Shown here: positions 42,271 through 54,629 of the stretch, piece after piece | How the letters are laid out: every line of letters begins with the position of its first letter | Position numbering within the stretch: the first letter of the stretch is position 1 | Notes under the pieces: generated by a model | What the model was told of the DNA's origin: nothing | Database searches by the model: none | The model's input: the letters and a program-made list of their open reading frames with translations, nothing else | DNA from: Candidatus Marinacidobacterales bacterium | GTDB taxonomy: Bacteria > Acidobacteriota > Vicinamibacteria > Marinacidobacterales > DATDRI01 | Length of the DNA: 64,000 nucleotides | Assembly (NCBI GenBank): GCA_965219415.1 | Contig: OZ244742.1 | Location: forward strand, 1,088,001-1,152,000 | Reading direction: 5' to 3' | Program-made: the position numbers and the translations under genes

Positions 42271-44236
42271 TTGCCGTCCATAAACCAATCCGTATCAACT
42301 AGATACGTCCTATCTCCCCAACGCGGATTCTCGCTGGTCGAGGTTCTGGTCAGCCTCCTTATTACTCTCATCGTGCTCGGGATGGTTTTCCGCACCGCGC
42401 AGATGTTGGTCGCGATCTACCGCACGGAGTCGGAAACCGCCGAAAAAAGTGCCGCCGCCGTCCGGGCGTTCGATGACATCGCGATGGAGTTGGCACGAGC
42501 CGGATACGGTTTGGGCGATGGGGTTCAAGCGGTGTTGCCGTTCGTCATCGGCGGAGGCGGCTCACCCGATGAGATTACGCTGCGCTCGAATGCTGCGGGC
42601 ATCGCGACGAAGCTCGAGGGCGAGCTCGTCTCGGCCGGTGAAGCCGTGGCGGTGAGCCATGCGGAGCTTTTTCAAGAAGGCGACAAGGTCTTACTGATTC
42701 AGACGGGTGGTTTCGCAGAACGCGCGGAGGTCACCGACGTGGGCGGAGGTTACGTTGGCCTTTCGCTCGCTCGAGGGTGACGACGGCGAGTTGGTGTACG
42801 AGTACTTGCCGGAGCACGGAGCCCGGGTGGTGCGACTCCAAGAGATTGGCTATTCACTCGAGCCCGCACCCGAAGGACACGGCAATCTGCTCACCAAGAC
42901 GGCTTTCGATCGATCGCCCCGGGTCCTTGCCCGCAACGTGGAAGAGCTCCATTTCGAGTACCTAGACGATCAGGGGGGGCCTCTCTCGGATGACAGTCTC
43001 GAGCGGACCAGCTTGTTGGCGACGGTCCGAATCACGATGACGTACTCGTTCGGCGACACCGCACTCGATGAGCGAACACTGGCGACGGCGATTACGCTCG
43101 ACCAGCAATCCGCGGGCGTGGACTTCGCTGAGCCGGGATACGGCGTGAGACTGACTCGGTTCTTCTCTCCCATCTCGAAACCAGCCGGCGTTGCGAAGCG
43201 AGCGACGGCGGACTGGAAGGTGATCCTGTCTTCCGGGAACGATCCTTCGCTGGACAGGTCCTATCTCTATTCTTTCCTGTCCGAGACGCGTTATCTCGAA
43301 GCTCGGCAGGACACGGTGACTTGGCTCGAAGACGTTCGAAGCCCGGTGGCGATGTGCTTCGGCCCGGAGAGAACTTCTTTCGCCGGGTCTTTGTTCGTCG
43401 CCGCTTCGGGACTTCGAATCGGGCACTTGGCTCGGGTTCATCCTGATGAGAACGGAGTGTTCTCGGCAGATTCCAAAGTCGATACGTTCGAGGGCACGGA
43501 GGCGCTAGCGCAGATCGGGGGGATCGCATTCGGGCTGGACGGCGCACTCTACGTCACGAGCCAGGAAAAAGGCGCCATCTTCCGCTTTCGTTTCGGATCA
43601 GACGGAAAACCTTTGGCGCCCAAGAAAGTTACCGATGTCGAGGGAAGCCCACGGGCGATGGTAGCGGGATTCGACGGGGAGCTGTACTTCTTGCTGGATC
43701 AGGCGAACGAAACATCTTTGTGGAGATTTCCGTTCGATGAGTCCGGTGATCCGGAGTCTCCGACCGCGATTGGCAACCTAGATGGACAAGCGGTCTCTTT
43801 AGCGGCGGACTCACTCTCGGGCAGTCTTTTCGCCCTGGTCCGCGAGCGACGGGGAGACACCGTCGTGGTGGAGCTCGACTCGGCTTGGATCGCAGGCTCG
43901 TCGGAGGAGCCGATTCGCGTTTTCAGCCTCGACGATCTCAGAGAGGAAAGCATGGAAGGGCGATCGCAAGACCGCGAGATCGAGACGAAACGCGCCGCGA
44001 CCAGCCTCACGTCGACACGCCTCGCGACGAGCCTCGTGCCCGAGACGTTGGACTTCCTCGCCTTCGACAACCTCGGGTTCCTCTATCTCGGGGCACGAGA
44101 AAAGGACTTGGTCTTGAAGTTCGATCTGGATCGCCTAGGAGGCTCTCGGCACATCGTGAACATCGCCGCGGCGACAGAAGCAGGGTCACGGAAGGCAAGG
44201 CTGCACGCATGGCGAAAGAATCGGCTCGGAATCTGA
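42271..44236 (+). CDS. Prepilin-type (PilW-like) protein with C-terminal beta-propeller (frameshift near 42770)
   Basis: RGFSLVEVLV cleavage motif. GIAFGLDGALYV-type blade repeats. Confidence 0.7.
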
Positions 44237-44595
44237 ACGCGAGCGAGCGGGGCAGCGCGATGGTCGTGGTGCTGCTGATGTTGCTCGTGCTCTTGCCGCT
44301 GAGTCTCATTCTTGCGCGGCTCGTGATGCAGTGGAGCAGGAGTACGCGGCGCGGGCGGGCTTCGAAGATGCGCTCAGGCAATTGGGCATGAACGAGCTGA
44401 AGCTAGGCCTCGATGAGTCGACGGAGTTTCAACTGGAGGGATTCGAAGGGCACGGCGCTCGAGTGAAAGTCAGCCGGGAGGCCGACGCCGTCTTGAGCCT
44501 CGAGGGGCGCATCCTAGAGGGAGTCGAAGCGACCAAAGCGGATCTCGATCAGATAGGCGTGGATCCGGACCTCCGCCGCGTCTACAAGTTCCGCG
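44209..44595 (+). pseudogene. PilX-like N-terminal fragment
   Basis: ERGSAMVVVLLMLLVLL followed by a frameshifted AARAGFEDAL. Abrupt end. Confidence 0.55.
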
Positions 44596-44671
44596 AAAGT
44601 GTGCCAATCTTAGTTGGGAATTGAAACGGCTCCAAACCCCGTGGTTCCCCCTTGGTCTAATGCACGTTCAC

Positions 44672-45667
44672 GAGTTGCTCGACGACGAAGTCAGGGTTCA
44701 GGATGGAAGGCGCTCGACCGCCGGGAGGGCAACCGTTCGGCCGTGGCCGACAAGGGCGCACGCCTTTTCCCGACACCGAGCTGGAGGAGACCGGTGCGTG
44801 GCAGCTAGTCGTCCGCCATCGGGCCGGATCTCTCGAGGCCGCAGTCTCCGAAGCTCGCCGCCGCAATCTCGCTGTCAGTCTCGGTGTCCTCGCGCTTCTG
44901 GCCGTCAGTGTCGCCATGATCGTTCTCTCGACCCAGCGCGCCCAGCGACTCGCGAGACAACAAGTGGAGTTCGTGGCCGGCGTGACTCACGAGCTCCAAA
45001 CCCCGCTCGCGGTCATTCGCTCGGCCGGCCAGAATCTCGCCGATGGAGTCGTGGATGGACCGAAACAAATTAGAGAGTACGGTTCTCTGGTCGAGAAGGA
45101 GGGGCGCCGCCTCTCCGGCATGGTGGATCAAGTATTGGAGTTCGCCGGGCTGCAATCGCAAAGAAGCAACCTCACGATCGAGGTTGTTCCGATCGATCCG
45201 GTCATCGAGTCTGCCCTCTCCGATTGCGGAGCAGCCATCGACGAATCCGGGGTCCGAGTGGACAAAGAGATCGAGCCCCAACTCTCCGTTATGGCCGATG
45301 CGTCTGCCTTGCGCCGGGCGATTCAAAACCTAGTCGATAACGCGATCAAGTATGGCGGAGATGAAAAATGGGTCGGCGTTGGCGCGAAGGTCGGCAAAGA
45401 AGGCAGGAAAGGTGAGATCCTGAGATCCTGATCACCATAGCCGACAAAGGGCCCGGCATCCCCGCCGACGATCTTCCTCACCTTTTCGAGCCCTTCTATC
45501 GCGGAAAAAAGGCACAGGCCGGACGAGCGCGTGGGAGTGGCCTAGGGCTCGCGCTGGTTCGCCAAATCATCGAGGGACATGGCGGGAGAATCACCGTCAA
45601 GAGCGCCAAGGGACAAGGCACGACTTTCAACATTCACGTCCCGGCGAGTACCGGGCCAAAGAAATAA
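44672..45667 (+). pseudogene. Sensor histidine kinase, N-terminally truncated and frameshifted by an 8-bp duplication
   Basis: THELQTPL and NLVDNAIKY. After TGAGATCC x2 the next frame gives DKGPGI, FEPFYRG and GSGLGL. Confidence 0.85.
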
Positions 45668-46353
45668 TGAAATCCAGAGTCTTACTGGTCGAGGACGAGC
45701 CCGGTCTCGTACTGACATTGAGTGATCGACTCGCCAAAGAGGGATACGCGGTGGCCGCGGCCGGCGACGGGGAGGAAGGCCTGAAGCAGGCGACTTCGGA
45801 GTCTTTTGATCTCGTTATCTTGGACGTGATGCTTCCAGGTAAGAGTGGTTTCGATGTGTGTCGTGATCTACGCCAAAAGGGTTTTCAGAAGCCGATCCTC
45901 ATGTTGACGGCCAAGGGGCAGGTCACCGACAAGGTGGTGGGCCTGAAGCTTGGGGCGGACGACTACCTAACGAAACCCTTCGAAATGATGGAGCTCTTGG
46001 CGCGTATCGAGGCCTTGCTACGCCGCTCCCCTACCGGAGAAACCGCTCCCACCGGAACGTATCGATTCGGCAACGTCGAGATCGACTTCCGCCGCGCCGA
46101 AGTCTCCCGCGAAGGCGAGCCGGTAGAGCTTTCGGCACTCGAGCTCAAGCTCCTTCGATACTTCATCGAGCACCGCGGGGCGACCATCTCGAGGGACGAG
46201 CTTCTCAATGAGGTCTGGGGCTACGACTCGATGCCGCACTCACGGACGGTGGACGTCCACGTCTCTTGGCTGCGCCAAAAAATAGAAACGAATCCCTCCC
46301 ATCCCGAGTTCATAGTGACGATTCACCGACTGGGATATAAGTTCGTGGGATAA
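45667..46353 (+). CDS. OmpR-family response regulator
   Basis: LVEDE, LDVMLP, GADDYLTKPF and RTVDVH. Confidence 0.95.
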   Translation: MKSRVLLVEDEPGLVLTLSDRLAKEGYAVAAAGDGEEGLKQATSESFDLVILDVMLPGKSGFDVCRDLRQKGFQKPILMLTAKGQVTDKVVGLKLGADDYLTKPFEMMELLARIEALLRRSPTGETAPTGTYRFGNVEIDFRRAEVSREGEPVELSALELKLLRYFIEHRGATISRDELLNEVWGYDSMPHSRTVDVHVSWLRQKIETNPSHPEFIVTIHRLGYKFVG

Positions 46354-46356
46354 AAC

Positions 46357-47745
46357 TCAAAGCGCCAGTGCGGTGCCGGGCTCGCGGGGGATGAACTTCC
46401 CTTGTCCCACTCTGCCGGTGAACTTCTGATCATCGACGACCACTTGGCCACGGAGCAGGACCTGGGCCGGTACCCCAGTCACTTCCCTTCCTTCGTAGGG
46501 GTTGTAGTCGACGTTCATGCGGTGGGTCTTGGCGCTGATGGTCCATTTGGCATTCGGATCCCAAATCAATATGTCGGCGTCGGCACCCACGGTGATGGAA
46601 CCCTTGCGCGGATAGAGTCCGAAGATCTTCGCCGGCCGCGTACTCACGAGCTCGACGAAACGGTTGAGAGAAATCCGACCCTTTCGCACGCCCCCATCGT
46701 GCAAGAGCATGAGTCGAGTCTCGATACCGGGCGCTCCGTTGGGAATCTTGGAAAAATCGTCCTTGCCGATCTCCTTCTGCTCCTTCATGCAAAAGCTACA
46801 ATGATCGGTGGAGACGGCCTGCAGGGCGTCCGTCTTGATGCCGTTCCACAGTCGTTCCTCGTTGCCCTTAGGACGAAGCGGAGGGGACATCACGAATTTG
46901 GCGCCCTCGAACCCCGGTCGCTCGTAATCTTCGTACGAAAGAAACAAATACTGGGGGCAGGTCTCCGCGTAGGCGGGGAATCCGCGCTCGCGGGCGCGCC
47001 GCACCTCTTCCATCGCGTCACCCGCGGACAGGTGGACGATATAGATAGGTACGTCGGCCATTTCCGCGAGTGCAATGGCGCGGCGCGTCGCTTCGGCCTC
47101 GGCACTCATCGGACGAGTCAACGCGTGCCACTTCGGCTCGGTATGCCCCTCGGCCAGGGCGCGTTCCACGAGCGTATCGATGACTCCGCCGTTCTCGGCG
47201 TGCATACAGACCAACCCGCCATTGTCCTTGGTGCGAAGCAGGGCGCGAAAGATCGTCGCGTCGTCCACCATGAAGACGCCGGGGTAAGCCATGAAGAGCT
47301 TGAAGCTGGTGACGCCTTCGCGAACCAACTCATCCATTTCCTTGAGATGAGATTCCTTTAGCTCCCGCACGATGGTATGAAAGGAATAGTCCATGGCCGC
47401 CTTTCCGTCGGCGCGACCAAACCAGGCGTCCACTCCGGCGCGCAGAGACTTTCCAAAGTCCTGAATAGCGAAATCGATGATCGTCGTCGTACCACCGCAC
47501 ACCGCCGCCGTCGTTCCACTCTCCCAATCATCCGCGGTCACCGTACCGCCAAAGGGCATCTCGAGGTGAGTGTGCACGTCGATGCCGCCCGGCATCACGT
47601 ACTTGCCGCTAGCGTCGATCGTCTCGTGCGCTTCCAGATCCGTTCCTATCGTGGCGATCTTCTCGCCGCGGATACCGACGTCGGCAGCGTAGGTGTCGTC
47701 TACGGTAACCACAGTGCCACCCTGGATGACTTTGTCGAGTGTCAT
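46357..47745 (-). CDS. hydA: Dihydropyrimidinase (D-hydantoinase)
   Basis: GGIDVHTH, SFKLFMAY, HAENG, ETCPQYL, STDHC and IPNG. Confidence 0.93.
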   Translation of the reverse strand: MTLDKVIQGGTVVTVDDTYAADVGIRGEKIATIGTDLEAHETIDASGKYVMPGGIDVHTHLEMPFGGTVTADDWESGTTAAVCGGTTTIIDFAIQDFGKSLRAGVDAWFGRADGKAAMDYSFHTIVRELKESHLKEMDELVREGVTSFKLFMAYPGVFMVDDATIFRALLRTKDNGGLVCMHAENGGVIDTLVERALAEGHTEPKWHALTRPMSAEAEATRRAIALAEMADVPIYIVHLSAGDAMEEVRRARERGFPAYAETCPQYLFLSYEDYERPGFEGAKFVMSPPLRPKGNEERLWNGIKTDALQAVSTDHCSFCMKEQKEIGKDDFSKIPNGAPGIETRLMLLHDGGVRKGRISLNRFVELVSTRPAKIFGLYPRKGSITVGADADILIWDPNAKWTISAKTHRMNVDYNPYEGREVTGVPAQVLLRGQVVVDDQKFTGRVGQGKFIPREPGTALAL

Positions 47746-47759
47746 GGGATCCCCCCCTT

Positions 47760-47793
47760 TAGGAAGCTGAGTCTAGTAGGAAGCTGAGTCTAG
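47760..47793. repeat. 17-bp perfect tandem duplication
   Basis: TAGGAAGCTGAGTCTAG twice. Confidence 0.9.
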
Positions 47794-47844
47794 AGAAAGT
47801 GAGAATACTGAGCTAGCTGCGCGAAAGCAAGACCCCCGTGGCGT

Positions 47845-49733
47845 TTACACCCACGTTCTTAGCCCGATAATTCTCCAATAGGACAAATAGAACAGCACCG
47901 TGAGGTTGGCGAGTGAGACTAGCAAGGAGTGAACGCGGACGCTCTTGCGCGCCGAGCCGGTTCGAAACGCCTGCACCAATCCCGAAACGGCGAAGATGGT
48001 GAAGAGCCAAGTCAGTACGACCCAGGACCACGACCAAACGGTCGGCCTTCCGAAGTCCCAGATCATGTCGTCGCCCGAGGCCATGATGAGTCCGAAGGCT
48101 CCTGCCAATGAGAGCACGGAAAGAAGCGGCAAGATCCGGACGTTCAGGTGATCGACACCACGCAGTCGCTCCAGCAACTTCCGCGGCACCCAAACGAGGG
48201 CAAACAGAATCGAGCTCGCCATCAGAACGAGTGCAAGCGCGGCGAGACCGAGCTCCAGCCAAACGTACCACGCCGGAACAGCGCGGAACGCACCGAAGAG
48301 CCCGAGGGCAATGTTCTCCCTTTCCTCTCCCTGGAGCAAGATTACGCTGGCGATCGGATCGCCCTCTTTGACGAACTTCCCATCGCCGGCCGGCAGGTAC
48401 ACTTGCTCGTCGTCGAAGAGCGGCTTCATGACCAGTCCCCGGTCCTTGGTGTATACGCGTTGGATATCGGTGAGACGAACCAGAAATCGTGTGAGCTCCG
48501 TCCGTGGTGCCACCGGTTCGTAGTATCCGGCCCATCTCTCAAGCTCTTCCCGGGCAACGTCGGCAGTAGCGGGAGTCGGTTTTTCCAGGTTGCGAGTGAC
48601 GTACCGCCGAAGCAGTTCTTGGATCCTCACGAAGACGTCCCCGTCGCCCGAACTGATCATGAACGCATAGCCAATGCCATGCTCCGGAAGGTATCCGTAA
48701 TCGGCAAGATAAGCGTTGACACCTCCGGAATGCCCGTGGAACACGAAGCCGTTGTCGAGATCCGTGTAGTTCCCCAGTGCGTATCCAGTTGGGAGACCGT
48801 GTCGTCTGCTCAAAGCGGTCGCCGGAGTCTCCATGCGCTCGATGGATTCCGACTGGAGAAGTGACCGACCGTCAACGGCGCCGCGGTTCAACAACAACGC
48901 CTCGGCACGGGAGATGGCCTCCTTCGTCCAGCTGTTGGCACCCGAGGGTCTGTCGAGGATGTGCCAGTATGGTGCTACGGTCACGCCATCGCTTTCATGA
49001 CCGATGGCGAGATTCTCCTCGACGGTTTCGGTCAGAAAGTAGCTCGCCGTCCTCATTCCGATCGGATCGAATAGGTGCTCCTGAACGAAATCTTCGAAGC
49101 GTTTCCCGGCAATTTTTTCGACGACGTAGGCGGCTGCTGCTGGCCCAGAATTGCAGTACGAGACATAGGTGCCGGGCTTCCACCGTGATGTCCTAGACTT
49201 GGGATCGTACGCGAGACCATCACGCAGGCTTATGGGATCGGGATCGTTGTGCGCGTACTCCCGCAAATGAATGTCGTCGAAACCCGTGGTGTGCTCGAGG
49301 AGGGGACGAGACGGACGGGATCCGTTTCCTCCCACGGATTGTCGAACTCGATCTCAGGCGCGAGCTCGCTGAGTTTGTCATTCAAATCGAGCTTGCCCTG
49401 CTCTTGCAGCATCAAGACGGCAAGCCCCACGAAGCTCTTCGAGATGGAACCGACTCTGAAGAGCGTGTCCGGAGTTACCCTTCGACCTGTTGCGAGGTCG
49501 GCCCTGCCGATCCCTCCCAGCCATAGCACTTCGTTGCGCGACACCAGCGCAACCCCCGCTCCCGCCGTGTTGCTCTCGTCCAAGACCTTTTGCAAGGCTT
49601 GCTCGAGCTCTGCAAGATCTTTCGGAGTCACCGGCTCGTCTTCCTGCAACGCCATGCAGGGCCGAGACCAGATACCGAGAGTTAGGGTCAGGACGATCGC
49701 GCCCCAGAACGCGCGGGCGGCCATGCGGCTCAT
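47845..49733 (-). CDS. Beta-lactamase-family serine hydrolase with C-terminal membrane segments (frameshift near 49300)
   Basis: Signal peptide, GSISKS (SxxK), YCN, HSG and three C-terminal hydrophobic helices. Confidence 0.85.
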
Positions 49734-49827
49734 GCGCCCTACCCTACCATGAGGGTCCGTCCTTCGTTCGAGCCCCTCCCGTCCGCGGTGTTAGCCCCTC
49801 CGCTTGCGGTGTTAGTATGAACGACCC

Positions 49828-50617
49828 ATGGGCGACCAAAGAGAGACGGCGCTCGTTTACTGGAGCGTCGTCGGGAATCGGACGGGCTCTCGCCGAGCTT
49901 CTGGCAAAGGACGGGTATGACTTGGTCTTGGTGGCGCGAAGAGAAGACCGCTTGCAAGCCCTTCAGAACGAGTGGAGTGAGCACTACTCGATAGCCGTTC
50001 GCGTCGTAGCAATGGATCTGGCGGCGCACACCGCACCCCAGAAGCTTTTCGACGCGCTCGAAGGCGACAGCATCGACGTGCTCGTCAACAACGCCGGCTT
50101 CGCATCCTATGGGCCGTTCGCGGAAAGCAACACCGCGAACGACCTGGAGATGATTCAGGTGAACATCACAACGCTGACGCACCTCACCCGGTTGTTCCTT
50201 CCCAAAATGATCGAACGCGGACAGGGCCGCATCATGAACATCGCCTCCACCGCGGCGTTTGTCCCAGGGCCGCTGATGGCGGTGTACTACGCCACCAAGG
50301 CGTACGTGTTGTCCTTCTCCCAGGCACTCGCCGAAGAGTTACGCGGCAGCGGTGTGACCGTCACAACGTACTGCCCAGGTCCGGTGGCGACGGAGTTTCA
50401 GGGAAGGGCCAAGCTCGAGCGATCCGGGCTCCTTCGCTACGGGCTCGTCGAGGTCGAACCTATCGCCGCGGAAGGCTATCGCGCCATGATGTCCGGAAAC
50501 GTTGTCGCCATCCCCGGATTGCCGAGCAAGCTGGTTGCCCTGGCCGCTCGCCTGACGCCTCGGTCGATCCTGCGACGAGCCATGAAGAAGGTTCAGTCCC
50601 AAGTGGTGGAGCCCTAG
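49828..50617 (+). CDS. SDR-family oxidoreductase (probable extra T near 49857)
   Basis: ETALV/TGASSGIG, NNAG and YYATK. Confidence 0.88.
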
Positions 50618-50631
50618 GGTATGGAGGATAG

Positions 50632-53330
50632 ATGAATCAAAGAAACCGCCGTCTCGTCTGCATGCTTCCCTTCTTGGTCGGCATCGCCTCGATGGGCTAC
50701 GCGGCGCCCCCCGGAGAGGACTTCGATTTCTGGACCGGCGCTCAGTACGACCCCGCCGTCCCCACGATGGAGTCGGTGTTGGGCCACGCCCCCGGCGAGC
50801 GCATCGCCTCTCATGCCGAGCTCATCGAATACCTCCGCGCGCTCGAGACCGCTCAGCCCGATCGTATCAAGGTCGTCGAGTACGCCCGAAGCTGGGAGGG
50901 TCGCGAGCTAGTCAATGTTTTCATCGGTTCGGCGGAGAACATCGCGAGAATGGATGAAATCGGTGACCAGATGAAACGCCTGGCGGACCCACGCAAGACC
51001 CCCGAAGGCGAGGCACGTCAACTCATCGACTCACTACCGGCGATCACCTGGTTGGCCTATGGAGTTCACGGCAACGAGATCTCCTCACCCGACGCCAGTC
51101 TCCTGACCGCCTACCACCTTCTCGCGAGCCGCGGCGACGAGGTCGTGGACACCATCCTCGCGAACTCGCTGGTGGTCCTCGATCCCACCCAAAATCCGGA
51201 CGGCCGGGACCGCTTCGTTCACAACTTCCGCATCGCCGAGGGACTCCTCCTCCAGGCACATCCCTTGGCAGCTGAGCACAACGAGCCCTGGCCTGGCGGA
51301 CGGACCAATCATTACTATTTCGATTTGAACCGCGACTGGTTGGCCCTTACCCAACCGGAAACCCGGGGTCGGGTGCGCACCCTACTGGAATGGTTTCCAG
51401 CAATCTTCGTCGACCTCCACGAGATGGGCGGGAACTCCACCTACTACTTCGCTCCGGAGGCACTCCCCTACAGCCCGCACATCACATCGCCGCAACGAGA
51501 CAAACTGGAACTCTACGGCCGAAACAACGCCAAGTGGTTCGACCGCTTTGGATTCGACTACTTCACACGCGAAGTCTTCGATGCCTTTTATCCGGGCTAC
51601 GGCGCGAGCTGGCCGCTCTACCACGGGAGCATCGCAACAACCTATGAGCAAGCCTCGGCGAGCGGGCTGGTGTGGCGGCGAGCCGACGGCATCGATCTCT
51701 CGTTCCGGGAAACCGTGCGCCACCACTTCGTGAGCTCCATCTCGACGGCGGAGACCACGGCGCGCCATCGTTCTGAGCTCCTGACCGATTTCTATCGCTA
51801 CCGTGCCAGCGCCATCGAGGAAGGCCAGAGCGAGGGGATCCGCGAGTATATCCTCCCCAATCGCGGCGACCGTTCGACCGTTCTCAAGCTCGCTAGTCTA
51901 ATGGCCGAGCATGGAGTCGATGTACGCCGCTCCAACTCCACGGTTCGGGCCTGCGGCAACGAGTATCCCGCGGGAAGCTATGCGATCTCGATGGCGCAGC
52001 CGACGAAACGGCTCATCCGAATGCTCCTCGATCCGGAAGTTCCCATGGAAGCGGGCTTTATTGAAGAACAGGAGCGACGGCGACGGAGGAGGAAACGCGA
52101 CGAGATCTACGACGTCACCGGTTGGTCCTTACCCTTGATGTTCAACGTGGAATGCGTCCCCTGCGACGAAGAGGCTCAAGGGGACTTCGAGAACGTGAAG
52201 CCTCTCCGCATCGGCCCCGGAAAGCTAGAGGGCGACAAGGCGACGGTGGCGTACCTCGCACCCTGGGGAACCGCAGCCGCTGCCAGGCTTCTGTCGGCGG
52301 CACTGCGCGCCGATCTCAGAGTCTCAGCAGCGACAAAACCTTCACTCAAAACGGTAGGCGTTTTCCGTCCGGGACACTCATTTTCAAAGTGAGCCAGAAT
52401 CTGGCGAACCTGCACGACACTCTCTCGTCGCTCGCGTCTTCCACCGGTGCGGAGATCTACAGCACCGATACCGGCTGGGTCGACTAAGGAGTCAACTTCG
52501 GCAGCCGCAACGTCCTGCACGTCCGACGACCGAGAGTGGCTCTGGCTTGGGATCGTCCCACCCGCGCCTACTCGGCCGGAGCGACGCGCTTCGTCCTCGA
52601 GCGTCAGTTCGACTACCCGGTGACACCGATCCGCGTTCGGCAGCTCGCCGGCGACCTGAGCAGGTTCGACGTTTTGATCCTTCCCGATGGAACATACGAC
52701 TCGGCCTTCGACTCCGCTGCCGCCGAGCAACTCGAAGCATGGGTTCGAGCCGGTGGCACGCTCATCGGTCTTGCCGGCGCCGTCGATTACTTGGCGGACA
52801 AAGACGTAGGACTTTTGAATATCCAGCTAGAGGAAAGAGCGGGCAAGGCCGCCGAGGAAGAGAGCAAGCAGAACCATTCCAGCGGCGGCACCGAGGGAAC
52901 TCTCTTGGTTAGCAAAAGTGACTACCTCGAGGCCATCGAGCCGGAGTCCGAACAACCCGACAGCGTCGCGGGCGTGTTGGTGAGAGCAGGACTCGATGAC
53001 GACAACTGGGTGACCGCCGGACTCCAAGGCTCCGTCAACGCCCTAGTCAACGGGCGACGGATCTTTTCGCCCATGACTCTCGACGATGGCGTGAACGCCG
53101 CGACGTTTGCGGGAGCGGACGAGCTCGTTGCGAGCGGCTACATGTGGGACGAGAATCGACGACAGCTTGCCTATAAGCCTTTTGTCGTCGTCGAGAATCA
53201 CGGGCGCGGCATCGTCGTGGGATTCACCACCGACCCAACGTTTCGCGCCTATCTCGATGGCTTGAATGTCTTGTTTCTGAACGCCGTCTTCCGCGCTCCG
53301 GCGCGAGCTCGCCCAGCGGTCGCTCCGTAG
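50632..53330 (+). pseudogene. M14-family zinc carboxypeptidase (frameshift near 52330, TAA at 52485)
   Basis: VHGNE, NPDG, DLNRD and DLHEM. The C-terminal GATase-like region lies in the later frame. Confidence 0.85.
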
Positions 53331-53354
53331 TTTTGGTGCCGTCCCTCCTTTATT

Positions 53355-53389
53355 CCCTCTCCCCCTTGGGGGAGAGGGTAGGGTGAGGG
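53355..53389. repeat. REP-like palindrome between convergent genes
   Basis: CCCTCTCCCCC-TT-GGGGGAGAGGG-TAGGGTGAGGG. Confidence 0.7.
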
Positions 53390-53392
53390 TGA

Positions 53393-54173
53393 TCAGCGCT
53401 CCGCCCAAAAAAGGATTCGCTTGAAGGTGAAAAGGAACGGGCGACCGTCGCCTAGACGAGGCAGCAGCCGATCCCGATACCCCTCGAGGAAGTCCCGGAA
53501 CATTTCATCGGATAACCGGCGCTCGTAAACCGTCAGAAAGCGAGCCCCTCAGCCACTCAACGACCTCGTCCTTCGACGCGAGTTGGTGCGGGTACACCTG
53601 AAGGCGAACGTGCTGCTCTCGATAGCCCAATTCCTGGAGAAGCGAGGCATAGTCTTCGGGCTCGAGGACGAAGAGCGGGTGGGAATAGCCGCCGAGTGCT
53701 TCCCGGAAAGGTGATTCCTCTGCAATTTCACTGGCCGCCTCGTGGGAGATGTGATCGAAGTTCGCGGGAACCTGAATCGCGAGCTGCCCGCTGTCGGCGA
53801 GTGTGGCGGTGAGCCTCGTAACAAACCGTCGATGATCCGGAATCCAGTGCAAGGCGGCGTTCGAGAACACCAAGTCGTAAGCGGCGTCGGCTTCAGAGAC
53901 GAAATCGGCAATGTCTTGTCGACGAAAGCTCAGCCCCTCCCCCGCGTGGGTCTCCGCCTCTTCGAGCATCGCTTCCGAGCTATCGATGCCAACGGTCTCC
54001 TGCGCCCCCAGACGGCAATGGAGCTCATCGGTAAGCTCTCCCGGTCCACATCCCAGATCCACGACTCGCATCCGCGGCTTCGGACGGACCAGTGCCAAGA
54101 GATCGAAGAAGGGTTGTCTGCGCTCCATGCGAAAGCGCCTGTACTTCTCCGGGTCCCAAGGATCTGTTTTCAT
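53393..54173 (-). CDS. tam: Trans-aconitate 2-methyltransferase-like (frameshift near 53540)
   Basis: WDPEKY, DLGCGPG and SNAALHW. The shifted frame ends FLFTFKRILFWAER. Confidence 0.8.
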
Positions 54174-54515
54174 CTCTCTACTTATACAACTCTACGCCAA
54201 AGAAAAGCCGGCGAGCGCAGAAAACACACATTCTTTCCAACTGTTGTCTCACAAATTTTTTCATTACCTATTCCCACCTCCGTCCGGTTGTGATACGAGT
54301 CCCCTTATCTACACCGTGCGCTAGGGTCGGCCTGCCAGGTTCGACCCAACTCAGTTCCAAGATTATGGACGAGAGGGTCACTATTGTGGGCATCTGTCTC
54401 CCTGATGAGGGTAAATCCACTCGGCCCGCGGTCCGCATCCGCGCCAAACGGTCTCTATCCACCCAAGCTGAGGGGGGTTTCCCATTACGCTCCAAGGAGT
54501 TGGCGCCGAAACGCC

Positions 54516-54530
54516 TGGCCCGCTTATTGC
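54516..54530 (+). promoter_or_regulatory. Possible sigma54 -24/-12 promoter
   Basis: TGGC-N7-TTGC about 100 bp upstream of the cyclase gene. Confidence 0.45.
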
Positions 54531-54629
54531 TCTTAACGAGGTGGTGTGCCGAATTGCAACTAGCACCATTCTTTGATCTTCGAAGCGAGAACCGACCAAT
54601 CAGACTTCTCGATCTGAAAAAGTAGGAAG

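Noticed and set aside
44596-44628. Sequence ending GGGAATTGAAAC resembles a CRISPR repeat 3' end
   Set aside because: Single occurrence, no spacer periodicity and no cas genes in the window.
54400-54430. CTGATGAG hammerhead-like core or riboswitch upstream of the cyclase
   Set aside because: No GAAA after the putative stem II and no recognisable riboswitch motifs.
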